Made by a program: the position numbers and the translations under genes. A stretch of 64,000 bases of DNA from a virus. Below are positions 11,801-20,755 of the stretch, in pieces; the stretch's first letter is position 1; the number at the start of each line of letters is the position of its first letter. Below the pieces are notes generated by a model. The model had not been told where the DNA came from. It saw only the letters and a program-made list of their open reading frames with translations, and searched no databases. The DNA is taken from the IMG/VR virus record IMGVR_UViG_3300034524_000090, positions 32,001 through 96,000 of that record; one strand, given 5' to 3'.

Positions 11801-11965
11801 GGTTGGGATAATAGCAATGTTTGCAATACTTATTTTAGAGATTTAATTGTTGTAAAAAAGGCTTTGTCTAATGATGAATTAAGTGCTTTATATAGATGTT
11901 TTATGCGGATACAGAGCAATAAACTTTATGTGCAAAATAATGTAAAAGAATGTTTTGTATTTTAA
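8813..11965 (+). CDS. Receptor-binding protein with two LamG/concanavalin-like modules and carbohydrate-binding inserts
   Basis: 'DGLIAYFPFDG' and 'IFYFPLGND' module starts; 'QIE....PTSYV.GSR' and 'QVEQ..FITPFV.GTR'; 'IYNKYLSDEEI' and 'KKALSNDEL' LamG ends. Confidence 0.75.
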   Translation: MGVIGRLNKNGDLLIAGEVNERLPAVTDGLIAYFPFDGTLNKKKVSITGAKVLGYHGGTSRHPWYDYFNTNAILTHTDDILSISVDIAKQYDLIVVDRYVWDISSVIINKLKEFVDAGISCVAMGNDTRTNVFVKSYNTTAHTTHDIYIESDIPIKVESYVYTCGSGDLYGGITELQNGAYPYYRRADTNEITGYIYESPQSGAIFYFDQEGLTVQPFIEKAFLYALERSSGGITYSNVSWFNDSIAIESGTSNYITISNMESYEIGYTGNVCGFTNNFDSRFGAGNWKTEIIPASYSPVPGLTKCQRIETYSSGWGGWISGNIGPTTGNIVYGVWIRLFYGEIQWGDLNTTSRLYITTDVSKKTDPKYDVIEPGKWVYVARTFPATSSGRHLYANGPTKADILAVQIEDKMYPTSYVNGSRSNALFALPSTLLNINNGAIVVDFYWEGVKYSNPSNPWMMITHSYTSAGYEYNKINIAIYGNANKLCCRLANNTPSTWVSNGFDLSLLTKGWNRYIVTWDKVNGKLKECLNGNITVEQTPTYFPDLAPEYFYIGSWGTSGLWANMRFKNLIIYNKYLSDEEISKLCRSQHSFTTVGNLIVQSYLERPIGISEDIFYFPLGNDTRDEYKFIKPVSESNVVYENNAVWLGTSVANQVSNPDGKSVNLTYLPPGTYKPGWNTSLHNDAIVINNWSTGYNSGVPSPDVGYHAKWVFEGIDGANDPCMKFIDLNSQFGLTHRWLGIAQTLGTPSSLGWSVGTTITISWYQKSSVLNKGARVGIYHKCLDTGSYSFETCIQTLYVSRTNIWEKVGFTYTITDNWDLSASCLIYVYGHYGDEGILWVDNVQVEQRNFITPFVSGTRGISDLEFNLYSSVGLDWNGDWSIIYWKKPVGTHTGNTLTGYNIESIGCNSNSVGGGYRWWGKDSGYDRFRVSGMVLSTFSPSDYFNKWQMVSIVKNGTTVTWKFWISTGVITYSETWGTIASNYFVTQYGYDLKLGGWDNSNVCNTYFRDLIVVKKALSNDELSALYRCFMRIQSNKLYVQNNVKECFVF

Positions 11966-11985
11966 ATTTAAAGGAGGGGTTTGTA

Positions 11986-12135
11986 ATGGCCGATTTACGT
12001 GGCGGTAGTACGGTAGCTGGTTATATTATTTGGCACGCAGGCAATCAGGGTTCGGGTAGTGGCATGGACGCTGATAGTTTAGATACTTTTCATTTAGACG
12101 ATATACTTTGTCAAATATGGATGAGTTTATTTTAG
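11986..12135 (+). CDS. 49-aa mini tail-fibre/adapter peptide
   Basis: AAGGAGG RBS before ATG 11986 (better than 11950); WHAGNQGSGSGMDAD knuckle; C-terminus resembles that of 12194..13792. Confidence 0.7.
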   Translation: MADLRGGSTVAGYIIWHAGNQGSGSGMDADSLDTFHLDDILCQIWMSLF

Positions 12136-12193
12136 TTGGCGGGATTAAAGGAAAATGACCTCATAATAATATAATGAGAGGGGGAATATTTTA

Positions 12194-13792
12194 ATGCCTC
12201 TTAGTCTTTTACCTTATCAATCCCCTTTAATAAGCCAAGCTGTTAATGACAATCTGAATTATTTAGATGCAAGCATAAAAAATGTGGTCAAAGATAATAT
12301 CGGCTATGGAATCAGGACGGGTTTATCTGTTAGTGCCCAAACTACCCCTAATATGACAGTTAAAGTATTACCAGGAGTAGCTTATTTACCTTCGGGGCAA
12401 AGAGTACAATTTTCTACAGAAACGGTTTTAACTATACCTAATCCTTCTGTAGTGCAACATTCTAGTGAGCCTCATACTACTGATACTAGCGGTGTATTTA
12501 CTACAGATTTAAAACCAATTACCGATTCTAGTGGTAATTATGCGACTATAAGTGCTATTACTGTTAGAAATGCTAGTGATAATACTGTAGTAACAGTTGA
12601 ATCGGTTGATCCAGTGAACGGTACGGTAGATACTGTTTTAACTGCCGCTACAAACGTTAAGATTGATTACTTTCACGGCCAACAGCGAATAGATATTATT
12701 GTTATTAATTCTTCTGGTGCCTTACAAGTAATTAGTGGAACACCAGCCGATAGTAATCCTCAAGTTCCTACCACTCCTACTGGAGCTATTAAACTAGCTG
12801 AAATCAAAGTTAACCCTAAAGCTAATATTTGTATTGAAAGTACCGATATAACTAATATTATAGATGCTGGCGGTCTAAAAATAGATGATAATTTAAATGT
12901 GGTAGTTTTTAAAGATTTAGTAGTTCTAGGTTCTCAGGTTGTAGGTAATACTGTTCAGCAAGATATAATTGTGCGTGGAAATATTTATAATGACCAAACT
13001 TCACAGCCCGTTACTATTAATGATGATGTATCAATAACAGGTAATATTACTATTACTGGTACTGTTGATGGCCGCGATATTTCGATAGACGGTGCTACAT
13101 TAGATACTCATATTGTTAAACAAGTCGATCCTACTTCTACTGATACTACAAAAGATAAACATCTTTCTAATGCCCTTGCTAAAGGTTGGGAAGATCATAA
13201 AAATTCTACTGGTAATCCTCATTCTACTCAACATAATCAATTGTTAAATATACCTACTGTCGATGTAACCTCTACTGATACAGTTTTAGATAAACATATT
13301 TCTAATGCTTTAGCTAAAGGATGGGAGGATCATAAAAATTCGCCGCACCTCCAATTAGGTGAAACTTCTACTACTGCCTATAGAGGTGATAGAGGAGCTT
13401 CTGCTTATAGTCATTCTATTACTGTTGGTAATCCCCACAGCACAACTCACGCCCAATTAGTAAGCGTTTTAGGAGCTAATCCTGCTTCTACTGATACAAC
13501 CAAAGATAAACATATTTCTGATCAAATGGCGAAACAATGGGAAGATCATAGACTTAATACCTCTAACCCTCACAATACTACTGCCGCCCAAGTAGGAGCT
13601 TTAGTAAGTATTAATTCTATTACAAACGCAGGTGGTAATATAGATCTTATTGCAGGTTCTAATATTTCTATTTCTGCTGATACGGTTAATAAAAAAATAA
13701 CTATAACTGGTTCTGGTACTTGGCCTGATTCGGATACCTTAGATACTCTTCATGCTGATGATTTTCTTTGTCAGATGTGGATGGAAGTGTAA
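12194..13792 (+). CDS. Second tail fibre protein
   Basis: 'GLSVSAQTTPNMTVKVLPGVAY' attachment domain; three DKH.S...AK.WEDH repeats; 'NPHNTTAAQVGA'. Confidence 0.8.
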   Translation: MPLSLLPYQSPLISQAVNDNLNYLDASIKNVVKDNIGYGIRTGLSVSAQTTPNMTVKVLPGVAYLPSGQRVQFSTETVLTIPNPSVVQHSSEPHTTDTSGVFTTDLKPITDSSGNYATISAITVRNASDNTVVTVESVDPVNGTVDTVLTAATNVKIDYFHGQQRIDIIVINSSGALQVISGTPADSNPQVPTTPTGAIKLAEIKVNPKANICIESTDITNIIDAGGLKIDDNLNVVVFKDLVVLGSQVVGNTVQQDIIVRGNIYNDQTSQPVTINDDVSITGNITITGTVDGRDISIDGATLDTHIVKQVDPTSTDTTKDKHLSNALAKGWEDHKNSTGNPHSTQHNQLLNIPTVDVTSTDTVLDKHISNALAKGWEDHKNSPHLQLGETSTTAYRGDRGASAYSHSITVGNPHSTTHAQLVSVLGANPASTDTTKDKHISDQMAKQWEDHRLNTSNPHNTTAAQVGALVSINSITNAGGNIDLIAGSNISISADTVNKKITITGSGTWPDSDTLDTLHADDFLCQMWMEV

Positions 13793-13825
13793 TAAAAATT
13801 TAACACAATTTTAACAAAATTACAC

Positions 13826-13854
13826 TTGACAAAAGCGTTTTTCTGAATTATAAT
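13826..13854 (+). promoter_or_regulatory. sigmaA-type promoter inside the tail module
   Basis: TTGACA-17 nt-TATAAT. Confidence 0.75.
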
Positions 13855-13879
13855 TATTTATCGAAAGGAGTTAATTGTT

Positions 13880-14209
13880 ATGGCTTATACTCCAAAACGT
13901 TTTTATATTGGTCAACCAGGAACTTCTGCTACTACCTTAGCTACTGTTCCTTCTGGTAAGACATGGATTGTAAAACAAATATGTCTTGCCAATACTACTG
14001 CTTCTGATGCTACTGTTACTATACATCTTGTTCCTTCGGGAGGGAGTGCTGGTGTAGGTAATATGATTGTGCCTGGAATAACCGTATATGCCAAATCTGT
14101 AGTTACAGTTGATTTAGCTCAAGTTATGACTGCTGGTGATTTTATTGCGGGTTTACAAGGTACTACTAGTGCTATTACTGTAACTATTTCTGGAGTGGAG
14201 GTTGGTTAG
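13880..14209 (+). CDS. Small virion beta-sandwich protein (fibre tip/adapter)
   Basis: RBS; 'TVPSGKTWIVKQICLANTT...VTISGVE' motif typical of tail modules. Confidence 0.6.
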   Translation: MAYTPKRFYIGQPGTSATTLATVPSGKTWIVKQICLANTTASDATVTIHLVPSGGSAGVGNMIVPGITVYAKSVVTVDLAQVMTAGDFIAGLQGTTSAITVTISGVEVG

Positions 14210-14591
14210 AATGGGGGTGCAGACTTTTCCACCAATTAGTTCTGCTGTAAAAAAAGTTCAGTCTGGTACAACCACTGCGGCGGGGAATGTAACTATAATG
14301 GCTGTTAACCCTCAAAAGACGATAGTATTAAGTGCATCTAAAAGTAGTGCAGGTTATGTGGCGGTGCGGGGAGATTTGTTTGTAGAAAGTGGTGCCAGTG
14401 CAAATCCTTTTGTAAAAAAATTTTATAATGCCACTGGCTCGTTTGATACCGCCGTCAGTAGCGGTAGATTTGGATACCTAGGCAATGGTTCTACCAATTT
14501 AACCGTAAAAGTCTACTCCGCAAGATTAGTTAATTCTACTACGATTTATTGCGATGGCCCCGTTGAATGGCAGGTGATTGAATATGTATAA
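14202..14591 (+). CDS. Tail fibre tip-like protein
   Basis: 'VKKVQSGT...VNPQKT...VEWQVIEY' motif; coupled to neighbours; start may be ATG 14211. Confidence 0.55.
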   Translation: MVRMGVQTFPPISSAVKKVQSGTTTAAGNVTIMAVNPQKTIVLSASKSSAGYVAVRGDLFVESGASANPFVKKFYNATGSFDTAVSSGRFGYLGNGSTNLTVKVYSARLVNSTTIYCDGPVEWQVIEYV

Positions 14592-15045
14592 TTATGTATT
14601 AGTTGATAAATTAACAGGTAAGATTATCAATGCCCTTCAAACACCAAATAAAGGTGTGACTTTAAAGCCAGAAAATAATAATCAAAAGGTGTGGGAAATT
14701 TCAGTAGAAGACTTTGATAATATTCTATCTGGACAATTTGGTTATTATAATTATATTACTAATCATTTTGAACCTGAAATTATACGTAAATGGGTATTAG
14801 TTACACCTGGTCCGTATAAAGTGGGTCTTGTTAATCTTGTATTTGAGCAATGGGATTTAAGTGATCGACCTTCTCTTATGCCAGTAACGACAATAATTAC
14901 TATTAATGGTCAAGCACAAGAAATATTTGTTGATGATGGTACGCTGGAAGTAGAATTGGATTGTCCTGATCCAAGTATAGTAAAAATTAAGATTGAGGCC
15001 TCACGTCATGAAACCCTGGAAACCGAGGTGGTCATTGGTGGCTAA
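14578..15045 (+). CDS. Tail-associated hypothetical protein (possible fibre chaperone)
   Basis: ORF overlapping both neighbours; position. Confidence 0.45.
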   Translation: MNMYNYVLVDKLTGKIINALQTPNKGVTLKPENNNQKVWEISVEDFDNILSGQFGYYNYITNHFEPEIIRKWVLVTPGPYKVGLVNLVFEQWDLSDRPSLMPVTTIITINGQAQEIFVDDGTLEVELDCPDPSIVKIKIEASRHETLETEVVIGG

Positions 15046-15250
15046 AATTGCGACTAAAATGGAGATACCTGAAGAGGTTAAAGAAATTAGACGGAAAGAG
15101 GAACAGTTGCGACTTGAGCGTGAAAAGAAAAAGCAAGAGTATCAAAATAAACTTGCTGTAATTGCCGATAAAAAAAACAAAGGGAAATTAACATTAGATG
15201 ACATAGACACGAAATTAGACATTATTTTAAGTATATTACAGGGCGAATGA
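15038..15250 (+). CDS. Small coiled-coil hypothetical protein
   Basis: GAGGTG RBS before GTG 15038 makes it the likelier start than 14993. Confidence 0.55.
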   Translation: MAKIATKMEIPEEVKEIRRKEEQLRLEREKKKQEYQNKLAVIADKKNKGKLTLDDIDTKLDIILSILQGE

Positions 15251-15275
15251 TTTATTTTAAAGGAGGTGAAAATAT

Positions 15276-15596
15276 ATGTCTATGCCTGATACTCTTTTTA
15301 CTTTTCAATATCTATCTACTTTAGCTGGCGCTTCTTTATTAACCTATTTAATTGTCCAATATACAAAAAGCTATATTGACAGCATAAAAAAGTTTTCTAC
15401 TGATTTATATGCGGTATTAGTGGGCACTGTAATTTTACTTTTGGCCCAAATTGCCCAAGGAGCCAATGCGTTAGATTGGCGTATTTATGTTTTATGTTTA
15501 TTTAATGGTTTTCTTGTGGCCGTTACATCTGGCAAAATTAATGACGTGGCTATTAAACCGCCCGCTTCCAATCAACAAAAAGACAATAATAATTAA
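15276..15596 (+). CDS. Holin-like membrane protein
   Basis: Three hydrophobic segments, 'LSTLAGASLLTYLIVQYTK...NGFLVA' pattern, end of structural module. Confidence 0.7.
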   Translation: MSMPDTLFTFQYLSTLAGASLLTYLIVQYTKSYIDSIKKFSTDLYAVLVGTVILLLAQIAQGANALDWRIYVLCLFNGFLVAVTSGKINDVAIKPPASNQQKDNNN

Positions 15597-15606
15597 CCAA
15601 TAATGC

Positions 15607-15635
15607 TTGACAAATTGGTAGACATAATCTATAAT
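15607..15635 (+). promoter_or_regulatory. sigmaA-type promoter of the replication operon
   Basis: TTGACA-17 nt-TATAAT. Confidence 0.8.
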
Positions 15636-15667
15636 TAGTAGCGAAGCTAAATGCTTCGCTACTAATT
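15633..15667. repeat. Perfect 15-bp inverted repeat over the -10/TSS (terminator and/or operator)
   Basis: aattagtagcgaagc-taaat-gcttcgctactaatt. Confidence 0.85.
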
Positions 15668-15683
15668 TCAAGGAGGTATTTTT

Positions 15684-15959
15684 GTGGATTGTTTAGAAAA
15701 AGCTTTGGGAGTTGTAAAAGAAATAGCTATGAAGAATGAAGAATTAGAGAGTTATAATAATGAATTAGAGCAACGTATTGATGAATTAAGACGTTTAAAA
15801 GATGATTATCAACATCTGCTTTGTTTTTTTAAATACCTTGTTAAAAAGAATGGTGGTGTAGTACAAATTCCTGAGTTAGCTTACTTAGATCCTGTTAGAG
15901 ACTTATATATGAGTTATAATCCTAGTAGTTCGTCTTATATATTTAGAGTAAATAATTGA
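15684..15959 (+). CDS. Hypothetical coiled-coil protein
   Basis: AAGGAGG RBS, GTG start. Confidence 0.65.
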   Translation: MDCLEKALGVVKEIAMKNEELESYNNELEQRIDELRRLKDDYQHLLCFFKYLVKKNGGVVQIPELAYLDPVRDLYMSYNPSSSSYIFRVNN

Positions 15960-15975
15960 TTAGGGAGGTATTATT

Positions 15976-16422
15976 TTGAGATTTTATTCTGAGGATTTAA
16001 TTAATCTTATTGGTAATTTTGAATTGTATATGTTGGGTTTTTTAGTATCTCAAACACTACAACAAAAAAGCAATGAAATTACAATAACAACAGATCAATA
16101 TCTTAATATGGAAATTAGAGATATTGTGACCGACAAAATTTTAGGCTATGAAGATAACAGCCATGAAAGTCTAGAATTTATGCTAAACATAATGGTATCT
16201 CTGGAATCAATGGGCTTATTAACTTTTGCGGTAGATTATGATAAAACTATGCATGTTAAGTTAAATCCCCAGGTATTCCAATATTTTATTACTGTTCCTG
16301 ATGAAGTTTTACATGACATAATTTTAGGCGATCAAAAAATAACAGATGAGAGACAAGCATTAGGCGAAGACGAAGAAAATATAGTACAATCTTCCTGCAA
16401 GGTGATACCTTTTCCAAAATGA
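15976..16422 (+). CDS. Hypothetical protein
   Basis: GGGAGG RBS, TTG start; overlaps next gene (ATGA). Confidence 0.6.
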   Translation: MRFYSEDLINLIGNFELYMLGFLVSQTLQQKSNEITITTDQYLNMEIRDIVTDKILGYEDNSHESLEFMLNIMVSLESMGLLTFAVDYDKTMHVKLNPQVFQYFITVPDEVLHDIILGDQKITDERQALGEDEENIVQSSCKVIPFPK

Positions 16423-16772
16423 GAAGTGGTTTGCAGGCTCATATTTTTTCCTTATTAAAAGAATTATTCCCTAATGCCCGTATACGTTGTGAACATTTAA
16501 TTAAATATAAAGGGCAAAATTTATATCTGGATTTTTTTATTCCTTTTTTGAATGTTGCTATTGAAGTTGACGGCAGACAACATGATGAGTACAACGATTT
16601 TTTTTATAATAGTTTTTTGCAGTATTATGAGGCGTATAGAAGAGATCGCCTAAAAGAAGAGTGGGCCGAAAAAAACAATGTAGCTTTGATAAGGATTAAG
16701 GAGCATGAGGTTTGCAAAGTAACCAAAGAACAATTATGGGAGAGGATAGTTGATGCCCGAAAAGAATACTGA
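16419..16772 (+). CDS. DUF559/Vsr-like PD-(D/E)XK endonuclease
   Basis: 'LYLDFFIP..NVAIEVDGRQH...RDRLKEEW...LIRI'. Confidence 0.8.
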   Translation: MRSGLQAHIFSLLKELFPNARIRCEHLIKYKGQNLYLDFFIPFLNVAIEVDGRQHDEYNDFFYNSFLQYYEAYRRDRLKEEWAEKNNVALIRIKEHEVCKVTKEQLWERIVDARKEY

Positions 16773-17829
16773 GCTAGATGTTCTTTTAAAAGAGGTTAAT
16801 AGGATTTTAGAACAAGATGAACAATTCTTTTTGGCTTCTAAACAGCCAGAAGGAACTACAGTACGTGTTATCCCAACTGGCTCTTTTAGTTTGGATATTG
16901 CTCTAGGCATTGGCGGTTGGCCTGTTGGGTGTTTTAATGAGCTATATGGACAAGAATCAGTTGGCAAAAGTTTTTTGGCCCTTATGTCCATTAAAGAAGC
17001 GCAAAAACTTTTTCCTGATAAATTTGCCCTTTACATTGATGCCGAACAGTCTTTAAATCCTCAATTAGCCCAACAGCTAGGCGTAAATCTTGATCGGTTG
17101 CTTATCAGCCGTACTAACAGTGCCAGAAAAGCATTTGGGTCATTGACCAAATGGTTAGAAAGTGGCGCAGTTAGTTTTGTTGTAGTGGATTCAATAGCGT
17201 CTTTGATAACGGAGAATGAAGAAGATGAGCAAGAAAATGTGGAAAAAGCCCAGGTGGGTTCTTTAGCTAGAGTTATGAATCAGGTAGCTAGAAAATTAAC
17301 TGCTTTGGTGGCACGTTCTGGTGCTACTGTGTTGTTATTGAATCAAATCCGTGAAAAGATCAATATGGGTTACGGCAGTAGTGATGTTACAACTCCAGGC
17401 GGCCATGCTTTACTCCATTCGGTATCGACAAGGGTATTTTTAAACTTTGCTAGCAGTACAAATACTATCAATGATAAACCTGTTTTTGTGCCACGTCAGA
17501 GTAAGCCTTTTTATTATAATGCCCAAGGAAAGGTTATTGGGGCTAGGATACATGCCGTAGTTAAGAAGAATAAAAAAGGGCCTTCTTTGGGGCAAGCGTT
17601 TTATGATGCTTACTGGCAAAAAGGCATAGATCGTGCAGGTGAAATAATTGATTTAGGGGTTTTTTATGAACTGCTTGGCTTACACAATGGCTGGTATTCC
17701 TACAAAGGTCAAAAATTTGCTCATGGACGTGAAAATGCTATTAAAAAACTACAGGATGATCCAGAATTTGCCGCTGAATTAGAAAGCCAAATAAAAGAAA
17801 TTGCTGGCATTATCAATAAGGAGGATTAA
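16750..17829 (+). CDS. recA: RecA-family recombinase
   Basis: 'IPTGSFSLDIALGIGG', Walker A GQESVGKS, 'YIDAE', 'VVVDSIASL', 'NQIREK', 'TPGG.AL'. Confidence 0.95.
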   Translation: MMPEKNTELDVLLKEVNRILEQDEQFFLASKQPEGTTVRVIPTGSFSLDIALGIGGWPVGCFNELYGQESVGKSFLALMSIKEAQKLFPDKFALYIDAEQSLNPQLAQQLGVNLDRLLISRTNSARKAFGSLTKWLESGAVSFVVVDSIASLITENEEDEQENVEKAQVGSLARVMNQVARKLTALVARSGATVLLLNQIREKINMGYGSSDVTTPGGHALLHSVSTRVFLNFASSTNTINDKPVFVPRQSKPFYYNAQGKVIGARIHAVVKKNKKGPSLGQAFYDAYWQKGIDRAGEIIDLGVFYELLGLHNGWYSYKGQKFAHGRENAIKKLQDDPEFAAELESQIKEIAGIINKED

Positions 17830-17834
17830 TTGTT

Positions 17835-18284
17835 GTGTCGCTAAAGAAGACAATAGAGATATTACAGAATCTAGGTATCCATATTTTTTCTTTTGACGAA
17901 ACATTTAAAGATACTGTTACAATGTCTATTGATGATTTAGACGATCTTGATGTTGTTACTATGTCTAAGTATATTTACATTTTAGCTCAATATATTACTT
18001 ATCTATTCCAGCAACGTAATTTTATTAAAATTAAAGAGGAGCAACTACAGAAGAAATATGAGGCTGTGTTAGCTTCTCTTATTCCCAAACAGCAGGCTAA
18101 AACCTTAAAGGAAAAACGGATGTTGGCGGCTAATACCCAAGAAGCCCAAGAAATTGAAAAACAACTTAATGAAGTTATGGCATTAAGAAAAAGTCTAGAA
18201 AATATCCCTGAAGGCTATATTGAAATATTAAATGCCTTAAAAAGGTATCATGAGACGTTGTTGAAACTCGGAGGTAAAAATTAA
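17835..18284 (+). CDS. UvsY-like recombination mediator
   Basis: Helical coiled-coil of about 150 aa between recombinase and helicase; position and character, no diagnostic motif. Confidence 0.5.
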   Translation: MSLKKTIEILQNLGIHIFSFDETFKDTVTMSIDDLDDLDVVTMSKYIYILAQYITYLFQQRNFIKIKEEQLQKKYEAVLASLIPKQQAKTLKEKRMLAANTQEAQEIEKQLNEVMALRKSLENIPEGYIEILNALKRYHETLLKLGGKN

Positions 18285-18286
18285 GT

Positions 18287-19642
18287 ATGGCTAAAATTGC
18301 GCCAGAACAACTTAGTCAATTGTCAGATGTGGCGGCTGAAAGGTCTATTTTGTCTATATTATTACATCATCAAGATTTAATGTATGAAGTTTTTGCTAAG
18401 ATTACTCCTGATGATTTTTATAATATCGGCAATCGTATAATTGCCAGGATTATTAAGTTATATTTTCTAGAAAAATCTACGGTAAAAAAGTTTAATATAG
18501 AAGTTCTGTCAGATATTTTAATCCAGGAAAACCTTTTAAGTAAAATTGGGGGTCAAGAATATCTAGAGGCTTTAAGTATCTTAGATATTCCCCAAGAAAA
18601 TCTTGATTATTATATTAAACGTGTTAAGTTTTGTTCTATGCGGCGTAAACTTTTGCAGGCAATTAAGGATATAGAAGAGGATCTATTTGATATAGAGGAT
18701 GTCGAAAATATAAATGATTTTTTTGCGGCTCAAGAAAATAAAGTACGAGAAGTGTTGTTAGAAAATACTCTTACTGAAGATGTTTATAATTTAACTGATG
18801 CGGCTACTATTTTAGAACAAGAAACAAGACATATAGTTATTCCTACTCTCTTTCCTGCTCTTGATAAAGAGTTGGGTGGCGGTCTTGAAGATGGTAAATT
18901 GTATGTGATAGCGGCTCGTTCTAAGGGTTTTAAATCTACTACTCTCTTAAATTTTGCCGCCAATATAGGTGTTAAACAAAATATTCCTGTTTTATATCTT
19001 GATACAGAAATGGATTCTCGTTCGCAACAACGCCGTTTATTGGCAATGACAGCTAATATTCCTGAAAAACGTTTACGGCAAAAAAATCTTTTAACCAACG
19101 AAGACATACAACGTCTTAATGACACCTTGAATTATCTTCAAGGCAAAAAAATCTATCATAAACTGATACCTAATTTTTCTGTAGAGCAAATTATATCTTA
19201 TGCTCGGCGGTACTGTTTACAAGAAGGTATTAAACTGTTAATTTTTGATTATATTAAAATGCCTAACGGCAATACTAATTTACAGGAACGTCAATTATTA
19301 GGCGTTATTACTAGCACTTTAAAAGATCTTGCTTCTGAATTAAGAATACCAGTTTTGACAGCCTGCCAACTTAACAGACAGGCTGTAGGTAAAGATAGTT
19401 ACAATGAAACATATATTGCTGAAAGTGACCGTATCCTTTGGTTTACTGATTATCTTTTTTACCAAAGACGTAAAACTGAAGAAGAAATTGAAGAACATGG
19501 CCGTGAAAATGGTACTTTGGTTATAGAAGCTGGCCCTTGCAGGCATCAATGTAATTATATTGGCTGGTTTAATATAGAACCTTCATTGAGATTAACTGAA
19601 ATTAAAAATATTGATTTAAGTTTAGATGCCCTATTTGATTAA
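18287..19642 (+). CDS. dnaB: Replicative DnaB-like helicase
   Basis: 'AERSIL', Walker A AARSKGFKS, 'YLDTEM', 'IFDYI', 'ACQLNR'. Confidence 0.92.
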   Translation: MAKIAPEQLSQLSDVAAERSILSILLHHQDLMYEVFAKITPDDFYNIGNRIIARIIKLYFLEKSTVKKFNIEVLSDILIQENLLSKIGGQEYLEALSILDIPQENLDYYIKRVKFCSMRRKLLQAIKDIEEDLFDIEDVENINDFFAAQENKVREVLLENTLTEDVYNLTDAATILEQETRHIVIPTLFPALDKELGGGLEDGKLYVIAARSKGFKSTTLLNFAANIGVKQNIPVLYLDTEMDSRSQQRRLLAMTANIPEKRLRQKNLLTNEDIQRLNDTLNYLQGKKIYHKLIPNFSVEQIISYARRYCLQEGIKLLIFDYIKMPNGNTNLQERQLLGVITSTLKDLASELRIPVLTACQLNRQAVGKDSYNETYIAESDRILWFTDYLFYQRRKTEEEIEEHGRENGTLVIEAGPCRHQCNYIGWFNIEPSLRLTEIKNIDLSLDALFD

Positions 19643-19644
19643 GG

Positions 19645-20742
19645 ATGGGGATTATGGCTAATGTTCATTATTTAGAACTACTGGCCTATATTGAAGAATA
19701 TATTGATGTAGAAAAATTGCTTTATATGTTAGGGGCCAAACACGTTAAAGTCTATGGTAGTAATATTAGGTCTGAGTGCGTGATTCATGGCGGTGATAAT
19801 GTTTTAGCTTTTAGTTATGATTTAAATAAGAAGGTCTGGAGTTGTTTTTCTAATAATTGTGGTGAAGGTTATAGGCGTAATCTTTATGATTTAGTATATC
19901 TTTATTTGTTAAAACAAAATAGTGCTCCTCCTACTGAGAAAGAGGTTTTTACTCTATTATTACAAGCCACTGATGTAAAAATTGAATTAGATGAGATTGA
20001 GTTTGGCTTTAGTAAGCCCATACAAGATAAGTTTGATAATATTTTATTTGCCACTAGGGTTAAACAACGGTACAATAAAAAATCGACAAAAAATAATTTG
20101 TTGGCTCTTGACGAATCAATAATAAATTGCTACAATATAACTGTTCATCCTTATTTGATAAATCGTGGACTAACACCAGAAACTATCCAGTTTTTCGATT
20201 TAAGATATGCTCCTCAGGGCTTATCTGAAAAAAACACTAAAAATTTTCCAGGGCGAATTATTATCCCAATACGGTCTATAGATAATAAACTCTTGGGTTT
20301 ATCAGGTAGATTGGCTACTGATGATAAAAAAATAATTAAGCAGTACAGTAAATATAAGCATTTATATTCGTTTCCACGTAATTCTGTTTTGTATAATGCA
20401 AATCATGCATTACCCTACATTAAAAAAACGAAAGCAGTTATTTTGGTTGAAGGGTTTTTTGATGTTATAGGTTTATGGCAAAAAGATATTAAAAATGTAG
20501 TTGCGGCAATGGGTAATTCAATAACAATTCAACAGGTTCAAGATTTGTTACCATATTTAAATAAAGTCTATGTATGTTTTGATGGCGATAAAGGAGGGAG
20601 AGATGGGGTTAAAAAGGTTGCTAGGATTTTAGGTAGACTGTGTAGTATTTATAATGTTAGGTTGCCCGAAGGGAAAGATCCAGATGAACTTTCAAAGACT
20701 GAATTAGTACAGAGCATTTTACAAGCAAAGAAAATTATCTAA
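19645..20742 (+). CDS. dnaG: DnaG-type primase
   Basis: CVIH...C..C zinc finger; 'RIIIPI', 'GLSGR', TOPRIM 'VEGFFDV', 'FDGDKGG', 'KDPDE'. Confidence 0.92.
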   Translation: MGIMANVHYLELLAYIEEYIDVEKLLYMLGAKHVKVYGSNIRSECVIHGGDNVLAFSYDLNKKVWSCFSNNCGEGYRRNLYDLVYLYLLKQNSAPPTEKEVFTLLLQATDVKIELDEIEFGFSKPIQDKFDNILFATRVKQRYNKKSTKNNLLALDESIINCYNITVHPYLINRGLTPETIQFFDLRYAPQGLSEKNTKNFPGRIIIPIRSIDNKLLGLSGRLATDDKKIIKQYSKYKHLYSFPRNSVLYNANHALPYIKKTKAVILVEGFFDVIGLWQKDIKNVVAAMGNSITIQQVQDLLPYLNKVYVCFDGDKGGRDGVKKVARILGRLCSIYNVRLPEGKDPDELSKTELVQSILQAKKII

Positions 20743-20755
20743 GGAGGAGTTTATT

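Noticed and set aside
12136-12193. Sporulation-sigma promoter (CATAATA) upstream of the second fibre
   Set aside because: No -35 element at correct spacing; likewise for CATACTT near 38911
3365-14591. Diversity-generating retroelement or invertible tail-fibre switch
   Set aside because: No reverse transcriptase, no adenine-specific TR/VR pair and no inverted gene copies or invertase seen; repeats are in-frame protein repeats
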